Shown here: piece by piece, positions 1 to 8,366 of the stretch
Layout of the letters: every line of letters begins with the position of its first letter
Numbering within the stretch: the first letter of the stretch is position 1
NCBI GenBank assembly: GCA_965140415.1
Contig: OZ223209.1
Span: 352,001 to 416,000 of the forward strand
Reading direction: 5' to 3'
Origin: Myxococcota bacterium
GTDB lineage: Bacteria > Myxococcota_A > SURF-8
Length of the DNA: 64,000 nt
Program-made: the position numbers and the translations under genes
Notes under the pieces: model-generated
The model's input: the letters and a program-made list of their open reading frames with translations, nothing else
What the model was told of the DNA's origin: nothing
Database searches by the model: none

Positions 1-2
1 GT

Positions 3-2204
3 GCCGTTTTCCTGATCGTAGGCCGTAGACCAGACCCCGGTATATTCCGGGCTATCCTGCGGTTTCAGTACATTTACGCCAAGATATTGGCCGTTATTGG
101 AAGTGATCTGCATGCCCGGTACCCAATGCACTGGATGCGCACCGCCGCTGGCCCCGGTTTCGGAAAGCGCCTCGGTATAGTCGCCGATGGTCTCCGCGTC
201 GGAGCCGACAAACACTTCCACGCCCTCTGCGCGCAGGTTGTTCACGCGCTCGGTTTTCGTCATATCCGAATAAAGCGAAGCGTTACTGTGAATGTTCAGA
301 TCCGCCGTATGCAGGTACATGCCCGCTTCGCCGGGCGGCATTTCGATCGTGGGATCGACGATGCGGCGTAACACGACGTTTCGTGGTCCCTGCTTTTCGC
401 CATCGCCCAGATACGCGCGATAGGTGTGCTGCTCCGCGCAGACCGAATAATGGATGCCGCAGGAAACCACTACCGAATACTGGCTGTTGACGGCCCCTCC
501 CAACGGCAGACGCACCTGAATTTCTCCCGGCGTTTCGGTGGTAAAGACCGTTCGTTCAATCGGAATGTTGCCCGGCATGGAGCCGGTCGGACCGAAGTCC
601 AGTAAACCATGATAAAAGTCCACCCGCGCTCCCAGCGGGAAAGTGCCTTCGTCGCGCTCTTCATTCACCGAAATGGTTACGACCGCGCCACGCGGCGGAG
701 CGGGAACTTCCAGCCCCTGCAAGGATTCTTCCTCTACCACCGTGACGTCCAGTGCATCGGAACGTTCGCCCCAAGGAGCGACAGTAACCAGGTGCCAGTC
801 TCCGGCGGGCAACTGCAATTCGAATGCGCCCTGCGCGTCGAGGTAGCTGCTGGCGTGGATGTAGTCGTGATATTTCGGGTTTTCCGCGCTGCCGCCGATT
901 TTTCGCGTTTCGATGGCGATGATTTCCACTTCCTGCGCCTGTAAATCCACACGGTCGCTGAAATCCACCGTCCCAGAAACCGAGCTTGTTGCAACAACTT
1001 TGTTCGGAAGGCTTTCTTCCCGGAAAGCCTGCATATCGGCAAAGACCTGTTCCGCCGGACCTTCGCTGATCATGAATACCAGCGATTGCGTGTTGGGGGC
1101 GATCTCGGTAACGGCAAAGTCTTGATATCCAAGGATAAATGCCGGTTTGGGCAGCAGCATCATGGAGAACAGGTTTTTGGCTTCACCGGAAGTGACCGCA
1201 TAGGAAAAGTCCGATTTGCTGAAGGCGTAATAGGGATGATAGTAGCCCTGGAAACTGCGTCCGCCATCGAAAATGGCGATGCCGTCCGTATCCTGGCCCG
1301 GATAAAAGGGAGTCAGGCTCGAATCGGTCATGACGCCCAACCCGGGACGCACGTATTCCAGTGTCAGATCCACCGGGTCGATATCGATTTCTGCGGTTTC
1401 CGTACCCGCCTCTTCCATATCCAGATCGCCATCGGCGTCCTGCGGCTGCTGATAGATGGAAACCGTCATGTCCATGCGTAGGTAGGTGGCATCGGCATCC
1501 AGGTAATAATCCACGGTTAATGCCACCTTGGGATTGATGGGCGCGGCGAGCATGTTGTCTACCTGCTGAATCGGCCAGTCGATGCCGCTGGCGCGCACGT
1601 GTGCCGGGAAACCGCCCGAACCATTGTGAATCAGTTCGATTTTATCGGCGCGGAACATATGGATATTGCCGTCGTAGGGGAGCACGTCGGTATTGGAGCT
1701 GATCACCGGGAAAGCGTCGAACAGCAGGTCTTCGGTGCGCGTATCGCCGTTACTGTCGAGCAGCACCGCGTCCAACAACGAACCGCCGGTCAAATTGAAA
1801 CCGCGACCAGGCCCGGCTGCGGCGATGACGAAGGCTGCCTTGCTGTTATACAGTTTGAAATCGCCCACCTGCCCCTGGCCATCGGAGGCCGGAAGCTGGC
1901 TGCGTTCGCCCACCACACCCGCACGGACTTCGCCGTCCTCCAGTGCGTCGCCGACATTCAAAGGCGTGGTGTCGTTGGGATCGCCAAGATCCGTATCGGT
2001 GTCGAGATCGCCGTCGTTCTCCGAATCCGCGTCTTCGACATCCGCGTTTTCATCGTCGCCGTCGGTGATGACGTCGTCGCCATCGGTGGGCGGCTGATAA
2101 TAGGTCGTATCGTCGTTACAGGCGAAAACGAAGAGCAACACGACAAGAAGAACGATCGCTGCAAAAGGATAGTACAACGTTCCTTTTAATTGAGAATGGA
2201 TCAC
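3..2204 (-). CDS. Lipoprotein with DGD linker and C-terminal CehA/McbA-like PHP domain (3' end runs off the window; metal ligands degenerate)
   Basis: Not in the ORF track. N- and C-terminal parts translated by hand and both fall in the same frame. GTG at 2204 follows AAGGAGGAG; MIHSQLKG...VLLFVFA-C lipobox, then TDGDD repeats, GQVGDFKLYNSKAAFVI, and later ADLNIHSNAS...ERV...AEGVEVFVGSDAE...PGMQIT..NGQY, matching the PHP scaffold. Confidence 0.8.
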   Translation of the reverse strand, partial: MIHSQLKGTLYYPFAAIVLLVVLLFVFACNDDTTYYQPPTDGDDVITDGDDENADVEDADSENDGDLDTDTDLGDPNDTTPLNVGDALEDGEVRAGVVGERSQLPASDGQGQVGDFKLYNSKAAFVIAAAGPGRGFNLTGGSLLDAVLLDSNGDTRTEDLLFDAFPVISSNTDVLPYDGNIHMFRADKIELIHNGSGGFPAHVRASGIDWPIQQVDNMLAAPINPKVALTVDYYLDADATYLRMDMTVSIYQQPQDADGDLDMEEAGTETAEIDIDPVDLTLEYVRPGLGVMTDSSLTPFYPGQDTDGIAIFDGGRSFQGYYHPYYAFSKSDFSYAVTSGEAKNLFSMMLLPKPAFILGYQDFAVTEIAPNTQSLVFMISEGPAEQVFADMQAFREESLPNKVVATSSVSGTVDFSDRVDLQAQEVEIIAIETRKIGGSAENPKYHDYIHASSYLDAQGAFELQLPAGDWHLVTVAPWGERSDALDVTVVEEESLQGLEVPAPPRGAVVTISVNEERDEGTFPLGARVDFYHGLLDFGPTGSMPGNIPIERTVFTTETPGEIQVRLPLGGAVNSQYSVVVSCGIHYSVCAEQHTYRAYLGDGEKQGPRNVVLRRIVDPTIEMPPGEAGMYLHTADLNIHSNASLYSDMTKTERVNNLRAEGVEVFVGSDAETIGDYTEALSETGASGGAHPVHWVPGMQITSNNGQYLGVNVLKPQDSPEYTGVWSTAYDQENG

Positions 2205-2371
2205 GACTCCTCCTTACAACCAGATTTCATCCCACGCTATAGCGCAGATTGGATAAACGATAGAACTGCGGACTTTCAGTTGAAGAAACGGAAGGCGGCT
2301 TCACTCTCCGGTCGGGTGGCGAGGTTCGATGCGCAGGCCGGAAGGGGCGAAACCCCCGTATTCAAACTAGT

Positions 2372-3547
2372 TTATCCGCAAACGGAAGTTTGTGCAAATA
2401 GATAGTTGCCCATGCGTAACAGTCCCCGGATATCGTGGATATCTTCGTTGAAGATCGGAACGCAGGCGATTTTCTCTCCGCCTCCAAGGGCCTTATCCAG
2501 GCGTTCCACGTTCTCTCGGGCAATGGAATTCAATTGTTCGGCAACCTGCTTCAATCCTGCCAGTTTATCCACCAGACCGGGTAGACTCTGTTGCATACCC
2601 GGTTCGCTTTCAACCACCTGCTTGATGCTTTCCCCATCGAAAAGCGTTGCAAGTTCCTCTGGCTTGGGAACCAGTTTTTCCGATAATTCGAAGGCGCGGT
2701 TAACGATTACCGCCTCCAGCGGAATGTCGGCTTCGACCAGTTTATTGTGGAAATACAAGGCTTCGGATAAGGCATTCTGCTCGGCGCTGGTGACCAGTAC
2801 GAAAACGGTAGAGGAATTGCGCAGTAATTCGTTAACTTTGCGTGCGCGTTCGGCAAAACCTTCCGTCAAGCCGGTCATCGCCTGGAAGAAGTTCGTCAGA
2901 TCCTGGATGAACTTGTCTCCCACCAATAATCCCAATAACTTGAAGACGACCTCGCCTCCCTTGTGAAACAGCAGCGAACGCATGCTTTTCTTGGCCGGTT
3001 GCGTAAACCATTTGACGACGTTCTCGTCTAAAAAGGAGGCCAGACGACTGGGAGCGTTCAAGAAGTCGAGTGCATTCTTCGTCGGCGGTGTATCGAGCAC
3101 CACCAGGTCGTAGTCACGCTGCTGCATCAGTTCGTACAGACGCTCCATGGCGACATATTCCTGCGAACCGGCGATGGCGTTGGTAAACTGGCGGTAAATC
3201 ATGGTATCGGTGATCTGCTTCTCTTGCTTTTCATCGCGTGCAATGCGCCGGATCAGGCTATCCAAGCTGGCCTTGGTGTCCAGCATGGCTGCCCACAACG
3301 ACCCTTTGACCTCTACCCCGGCATCCACGAAACGATCCATGGGTACCTGGCGTTCCTCGTTGGTAAGTCCTTCCAAACCAAGCGATTGCGCCAGACGGCG
3401 GGCCGGATCGATGGTGATAACCATGGTTTTTTTGCCGCTTTGAGCAGCGTGCAAGGCGATAGCGGCGGAAGTGGTTGTTTTGCCGACTCCACCGGAGCCG
3501 CAACAAACAACCAGTTTACGATCCTGCAACACTCGGTTCAATTTCAT
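2372..3547 (-). CDS. ArsA/Get3-like anion-transporting ATPase family protein (subunit 2)
   Basis: CGSGGVGKTT P-loop, TIDPARRLA, DTPPT switch motif; ATGA overlap with upstream paralog. Confidence 0.9.
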   Translation of the reverse strand: MKLNRVLQDRKLVVCCGSGGVGKTTTSAAIALHAAQSGKKTMVITIDPARRLAQSLGLEGLTNEERQVPMDRFVDAGVEVKGSLWAAMLDTKASLDSLIRRIARDEKQEKQITDTMIYRQFTNAIAGSQEYVAMERLYELMQQRDYDLVVLDTPPTKNALDFLNAPSRLASFLDENVVKWFTQPAKKSMRSLLFHKGGEVVFKLLGLLVGDKFIQDLTNFFQAMTGLTEGFAERARKVNELLRNSSTVFVLVTSAEQNALSEALYFHNKLVEADIPLEAVIVNRAFELSEKLVPKPEELATLFDGESIKQVVESEPGMQQSLPGLVDKLAGLKQVAEQLNSIARENVERLDKALGGGEKIACVPIFNEDIHDIRGLLRMGNYLFAQTSVCG

Positions 3548-4512
3548 GAGGTCGCCTCCGCCGGAGTTTGCAACAACTGCTGAGCCAGCCGTTGCAGAGC
3601 GGAAACATCCAATTGTCCGATCAGCAGACGCGGCAGGGTGACAAGCGTCAAGCCGACGCGCTCGGATAAGGTTCGCAGGTGGCCGTCGCAGCGCCGTTGA
3701 CGATCCAGGGCGGCGGCTCCCGCTTCCAGGGCGGATTGCAGATCCTGGGTGTGAAAGTCGAGCTGGCTTAACTTGTCAAGCAGGTTCTGCTCGTCGCGGT
3801 TGAATGTACGTTCGCGCACGCCGTTGACGAACAGCAGGCCCATGTTCATTGGAACTCGTTTCTTAAGATTTTCATACAGTTCGATGGTTTCCGTTACCGG
3901 CATCTCTTCAGGTAAAGTCACTAAGTTTAGCAAGGTGGTGCGTGCATCACTAAAGAGTGTTTCATAGCGCTTCAAAATGCGCGACAGAGCACCGACACCG
4001 ACCAGTTGCTGCAACATCTGTGGCGTTTGCAAAAATGACAAGGCGTGACCGGTTGCCGGAAGATCGACCAGGATCACGTCGTATTGCGGCATCCGTGTGC
4101 CCGGTTCCCGCTCTTTTAGCAGGTTGTACAGTTTGTTGATGGAAACCAGTTCGTTGACCGCCGGAGCGGTTTTGAAGAAATACTGCAAGACGGAATTTTT
4201 ACGGATCAGATCGGCAACCATCTGCAACCTGACGTGTTGCTGGATGTATTCGGCCAGCGCCTCATCCGGGTTGATGCTGATCGCCCAGACATCGTCGAGC
4301 ATTTCCATTGGTTCGAAGCCGACGAACGGCACGTTGAAAATACGTTTCATGCTGCTTTCGGTATCGATTTCCACGATCAGGGCGCGCTTGCCCATATGCG
4401 TTGCCGCCAAGGCCAAACTGGCCACGACGGTGGATTTTCCCACGCCGCCTTTGCCGGTGAAAAACAGCAAGCGACGCGTGAAGAGATCCGAAATCTGCAA
4501 TTGTCCGTTCAT
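3544..4512 (-). CDS. ArsA/Get3-like ATPase family protein (subunit 1)
   Basis: TGKGGVGKST deviant Walker A, DLPATGH, VTLPEEMPVTET. Confidence 0.9.
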   Translation of the reverse strand: MNGQLQISDLFTRRLLFFTGKGGVGKSTVVASLALAATHMGKRALIVEIDTESSMKRIFNVPFVGFEPMEMLDDVWAISINPDEALAEYIQQHVRLQMVADLIRKNSVLQYFFKTAPAVNELVSINKLYNLLKEREPGTRMPQYDVILVDLPATGHALSFLQTPQMLQQLVGVGALSRILKRYETLFSDARTTLLNLVTLPEEMPVTETIELYENLKKRVPMNMGLLFVNGVRERTFNRDEQNLLDKLSQLDFHTQDLQSALEAGAAALDRQRRCDGHLRTLSERVGLTLVTLPRLLIGQLDVSALQRLAQQLLQTPAEATS

Positions 4513-4673
4513 ATTCTGGTTCCTCTTTCATTCGAGCCGTGGATTATACTGTATTGATCGATCTTCTTAAAGTAAAAAGTCTGCAAATGAAGTAATTCCT
4601 TGTTTTTCATACGGAATCCAATTATAATCAAAAATTAACAATGGGTTTGTTGAAAAAGCTCGGAGATCTCCCC

Positions 4674-4943
4674 ATGCCCAAAAAGAAAGATTTCGTGTTC
4701 TCGCTGTCCGCTTCGAACGACATCATCGCCGATCATCTGGAGGCTCTGGCACGAGGATTTCGCTCGGGTGAGATTATTCTGGCAATGAACGAAAAAGAAC
4801 TGGCTCTACAACCGATACAAGATATTGACCTGGATTTGCATGCTAAAATCGACGGTATTCACCAATCCGTTTCGTTTTCGATGCACTGGTATTCCAAAAC
4901 AGGGGAAAAACCGGACCTGAGCATCCGTTCCGGGAAGGATTAG
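4674..4943 (+). CDS. Amphi-Trp domain protein
   Basis: IADHLEALARGFRSGEI...L.P...LDLHAK...SVSFSMHW pattern with terminal Trp; GGAG before ATG 4674. Confidence 0.75.
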   Translation: MPKKKDFVFSLSASNDIIADHLEALARGFRSGEIILAMNEKELALQPIQDIDLDLHAKIDGIHQSVSFSMHWYSKTGEKPDLSIRSGKD

Positions 4944-4951
4944 CAGTTGGT

Positions 4952-6601
4952 GTGACAACGGCAGTGAACGTGAAAAAGCAGGCGAGGGAACTGGTTACTC
5001 AGATGGTGGGTGCGGTTCGTTCTCAATTGCGAACGGCGGTCGCCGCTTTTGTGGATCGCGACTCCCAACTGGCCAACACCGTCATTGAGCGTGACGACTA
5101 CATCGACAATCTCTACGTTTACACCGAAGGAAAAATCTTCAAACTGATGACCGGCTGTTCCGATGAAGCCCGGCTGGCCGTGTTGCGGACATCGTTGAAG
5201 ATGGCCAAAGGTATGGAAAAGATTGCCGATTATGCCGAAAACCTGGCCAAGCAGGCGCTCTATCTTCCTTCCGGTCAATCCGACGAAATGGAACTGGACA
5301 TTCAGCACTGCTACGAGCAGGTTCGAGAAGGACTCGATCAGGTTTTGAAGGGCTTTTTGAAGCTGGATGCCAAAACCATCGTGCGCGCTGCGAAAAAAGA
5401 AGCTGCGTTGGATGCGCTTTATGCCGATCTGCTGCGGCGTATCATCCAGCGTTTGCGTGAACCGGGCGCGGATGTAGATATGCTGATTACGGAAATGTTT
5501 GCCGCCAAGCACATGGAGAAGATCGGCGATATTATTCTGGATATGTCCGAAGAAATTCTTTCGTTGATCTATGGCGAACGGTTGAAGGTGCACCAGGTGC
5601 TGCACATGGATGACCTGGCGAATGCACGCGGAAAAGCCAGCTTCAACACCGAGGGCATCTGGGGAACGCGCAGCGGTGCTTCGGTGTTTAAACTGGGAGT
5701 CAATGGCAAAGAAGAATATATCTACAAAGAAGGCACCCCAGCAAAAATCAATCGTGAAATCGAGCGTTTGAAAAAGTGGAACGAAATCGAGCCCGGCCTT
5801 GTACCGGAGGTGCAGTCCACTAATTCCGATCAAGTCAACGGACGCGAAGTGCTGGTTACCAATTATTTCCATGGGGTGACTCTGAAAGATCTGTACGAAA
5901 ATTTCGAGTGGTCCGCCAAAAAGCGCGTGACATTGCAGTTGCTACAGTTATTGGAGCGGATCTGGGAAAAGACGATTCAGCCCGATCCGATTCCGTTCGA
6001 CGCCATCAGTCAAATTCAAAGCCGCTTGGACGCCGTGTTTTCCATGCATCCGGATTTCGTTCGGATTCAGCATTCCGCCATTACCTTCTGCGGCATCCGA
6101 CATCCTTCGCTGAGCACCATGCTGAATCGCTTGGAGAGCCTGTCCGAATCGCTGTACACGCCGTTTTCGGTTTTCATCCACGGCGATTTCAATTCCGACA
6201 ATGTGCTGCTTACGACCGGAGACGACAAGCTGCGTTTCGTCGATGTCAATCGTTCGCGCATGGGCGATTACCTGCAAGACATCAGTGTGTTTTTGATATC
6301 CATTCTGCGTGTGCCCATCCTTTCGGATCAGCAGGTATTGGATATTCGAGGCATTTCCGAACTGGTCATCGACTTTGCCCGTGAATTCTCGCAAAAACAT
6401 GGCGATCAGCTTTTCGAGCCGCGCCTGCAATTGCTGATGGCGCGTTCGCTGATTACCTCCACGCGCTTCGTCAATAACCCGTCTCAATCGAAAAAGATGT
6501 TTTTACAGGGCATGCTGAAACTTGAAAATGCCTTGATGATGCTGCTGCCGAAAAAAGAGCGCGGTATCTTTTCTCCCTCGGCACCATTCACCGAATCCTG
6601 A
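4952..6601 (+). CDS. PhoU-domain / aminoglycoside-phosphotransferase-like kinase fusion
   Basis: Two PhoU repeats (ERDDYID..EKIADYAENLA; EKIGD) followed by kinase motifs IHGDFNSDNV and FVD. Confidence 0.8.
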   Translation: MTTAVNVKKQARELVTQMVGAVRSQLRTAVAAFVDRDSQLANTVIERDDYIDNLYVYTEGKIFKLMTGCSDEARLAVLRTSLKMAKGMEKIADYAENLAKQALYLPSGQSDEMELDIQHCYEQVREGLDQVLKGFLKLDAKTIVRAAKKEAALDALYADLLRRIIQRLREPGADVDMLITEMFAAKHMEKIGDIILDMSEEILSLIYGERLKVHQVLHMDDLANARGKASFNTEGIWGTRSGASVFKLGVNGKEEYIYKEGTPAKINREIERLKKWNEIEPGLVPEVQSTNSDQVNGREVLVTNYFHGVTLKDLYENFEWSAKKRVTLQLLQLLERIWEKTIQPDPIPFDAISQIQSRLDAVFSMHPDFVRIQHSAITFCGIRHPSLSTMLNRLESLSESLYTPFSVFIHGDFNSDNVLLTTGDDKLRFVDVNRSRMGDYLQDISVFLISILRVPILSDQQVLDIRGISELVIDFAREFSQKHGDQLFEPRLQLLMARSLITSTRFVNNPSQSKKMFLQGMLKLENALMMLLPKKERGIFSPSAPFTES

Positions 6602-6706
6602 TTCGTAAAAATCATTTAAGCACTGCCTTAATCCAAGGCTTGTCTTTATTTGCAGGTTGTGCTGTAGTATAAATAGATACAGTGAATGCGAATAAGGGAG
6701 GTTCAC

Positions 6707-7429
6707 ATGGAACGAAACAACGGTTCCGTTGCCGGGGCGGGCTTGTTTATTGCAATCGGTCTCATCGTTTCCAGCTTCATTATGGGAAAAGCGCTGATCG
6801 ATTTCAAGTCGGTGGACCGCGTGGTGACGGTGAAAGGTCTTGCGGAGCGCGAAGTAAATGCCGATCTGGTGATCTGGCCATTGACTTTTGAAGATGCCGA
6901 CAACGATCTGAAACGCCTGAATCAGCGTATTCTGAAAAAGCGCGATGCCATCGCGGAATTTCTGAAACAGGCACAGGTTAGCCAGGAAGATCTGTCGTTT
7001 CCTCCGCCGCAGATGGTCGACTTCCAATCCACCCGCTACGTGGGAGACAATCGACACCGCGACATGCGCTACCAGGCGCGCGTGACGGTGGCGGTGCGCA
7101 GTCAGCAGGTCGATGCGGTGCGCAAGCTGATGCAGCGCACCACGGAATTGGTGGATCAAGGCATTGTGATTGTTGAGGAAGACTACCAGAACCGCAGCGA
7201 GTTTCTGTTTACGGGACTAAACGAAATCAAACCGGCCATGATCGAACAGGCCACAAAGAATGCGCGCGAGGCAGCGGAGAAATTCGCCAAGGATTCAGGC
7301 AGTGCAGTCGGCAAGATCAAAAACGCCAGGCAGGGTCTGTTTTCCGTAACCAATCGGGATCACAACTCGCCGTACCGCAAAAAGGTGCGCGTCGTCACGA
7401 CGGTGGACTATTACCTGATCGACGAATAG
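6707..7429 (+). CDS. SIMPL (DUF541) domain protein
   Basis: N-terminal TM, VTVKGLAEREV.ADL..WP, ATKNAREAAEKFAKDSG, KKVRVVTTVDY; GGAGG before ATG 6707. Confidence 0.85.
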   Translation: MERNNGSVAGAGLFIAIGLIVSSFIMGKALIDFKSVDRVVTVKGLAEREVNADLVIWPLTFEDADNDLKRLNQRILKKRDAIAEFLKQAQVSQEDLSFPPPQMVDFQSTRYVGDNRHRDMRYQARVTVAVRSQQVDAVRKLMQRTTELVDQGIVIVEEDYQNRSEFLFTGLNEIKPAMIEQATKNAREAAEKFAKDSGSAVGKIKNARQGLFSVTNRDHNSPYRKKVRVVTTVDYYLIDE

Positions 7430-7473
7430 AGGCGGTATGGATTCGGAATCTCCAATTGCTTCAAATTGCAGGT

Positions 7474-8025
7474 TTACTTGTTGCTGGCGGAAACGATTAA
7501 ATCGCCCAGGCGGCGAGACATGGCCAGGATTTTTCCCTTGCGGCGATTCTTGGTCATCATGCGCTTGAGCACGCCACCCGGATTGGCGAAACTGACGTAA
7601 TGGGCGTGTACGTATCCCGGATATTCCGCCGATGGAGTCAGTTTCCATTCTCCCTTGAACGCCACGAAATCGCCCTTGATGCGGTTCCAGCGCAGATGGT
7701 GCTTGCCGTCGTCCTGCTTGACTTCACAAATCACGCTTAATGCGCCAAACGGATGTTTGAAACGATATTCGCGTTGCGTAAGCTGTCCGGCAACGGGAAA
7801 GAGCGTCAGGTTATCGAACATTTTGGGCGCGTTTTTCGAATCCGTCAGGACTGCCCAGATCGTATCGATGTCTGCCTTGTAATACGCATCCAACACGATG
7901 CCCACTTCTCCGCTTTCTTCGATAAACGAAATTTTAGGTGGAGCGGAAGAATCGGCAGCCCACGCCAGCGCATAAAACAGACAAAGCGAAAGCACCAAAA
8001 CGGTCAACAGAGTAATTCGTTTCAT
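7474..8025 (-). CDS. Secreted SRPBCC/START-like protein
   Basis: Signal peptide (AWA); ADIDTIWAVLTD, W..IKGDF..FKGEWKL. Confidence 0.65.
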   Translation of the reverse strand: MKRITLLTVLVLSLCLFYALAWAADSSAPPKISFIEESGEVGIVLDAYYKADIDTIWAVLTDSKNAPKMFDNLTLFPVAGQLTQREYRFKHPFGALSVICEVKQDDGKHHLRWNRIKGDFVAFKGEWKLTPSAEYPGYVHAHYVSFANPGGVLKRMMTKNRRKGKILAMSRRLGDLIVSASNK

Positions 8026-8107
8026 GATCGTTCTTACCTTTTTTACAACATACTAAGCAAACTATGTATTTTGTATAACATTACAAATAGCATTAATATC
8101 CAATAGA

Positions 8108-8123
8108 TGGCAATAATTTTGCA
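8108..8123 (+). promoter_or_regulatory. Candidate sigma54 -24/-12 promoter
   Basis: TGGCAATAATTTTGCA has GG-N10-GC spacing; lies upstream of an operon encoding a sigma54 activator. Confidence 0.4.
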
Positions 8124-8141
8124 TCTTCCTTATGCAAAGCC

Positions 8142-8203
8142 GTAGCGGAGGAGTGTAACCCCGCCGTTTTTCGAAGCATGGCGGGCTAACGCCTCGCCAC
8201 TAC
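8142..8203. repeat. Inverted GTAG-type REP doublet (REPIN-like)
   Basis: Begins GTAGCGGAGGAGTGTAACCCCGCC and ends GGCGGGCTAACGCCTCGCCACTAC (reverse complement GTAGTGGCGAGGCGTTAGCCCGCC); intergenic. Confidence 0.5.
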
Positions 8204-8366
8204 AAATAAATGTAGAATTGATTTAAAGCAGCGCAGAGAATTCCCCGGATCTTAATTCACACCCCAGGAGATGTTAAAATAAAATCCATTCTTGTGACCT
8301 CACATAAAATTTCGTACACTTGATCGAAAGACGAATCCGCTTACCAAATAGAATCAGGAGGACGGG

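Noticed and set aside
87-2189. Plus-strand ORFs of 67-196 aa in the track
   Set aside because: Antisense shadows of the minus-strand lipoprotein ORF (<3..2204) that the track omitted because it lacks an in-window stop.
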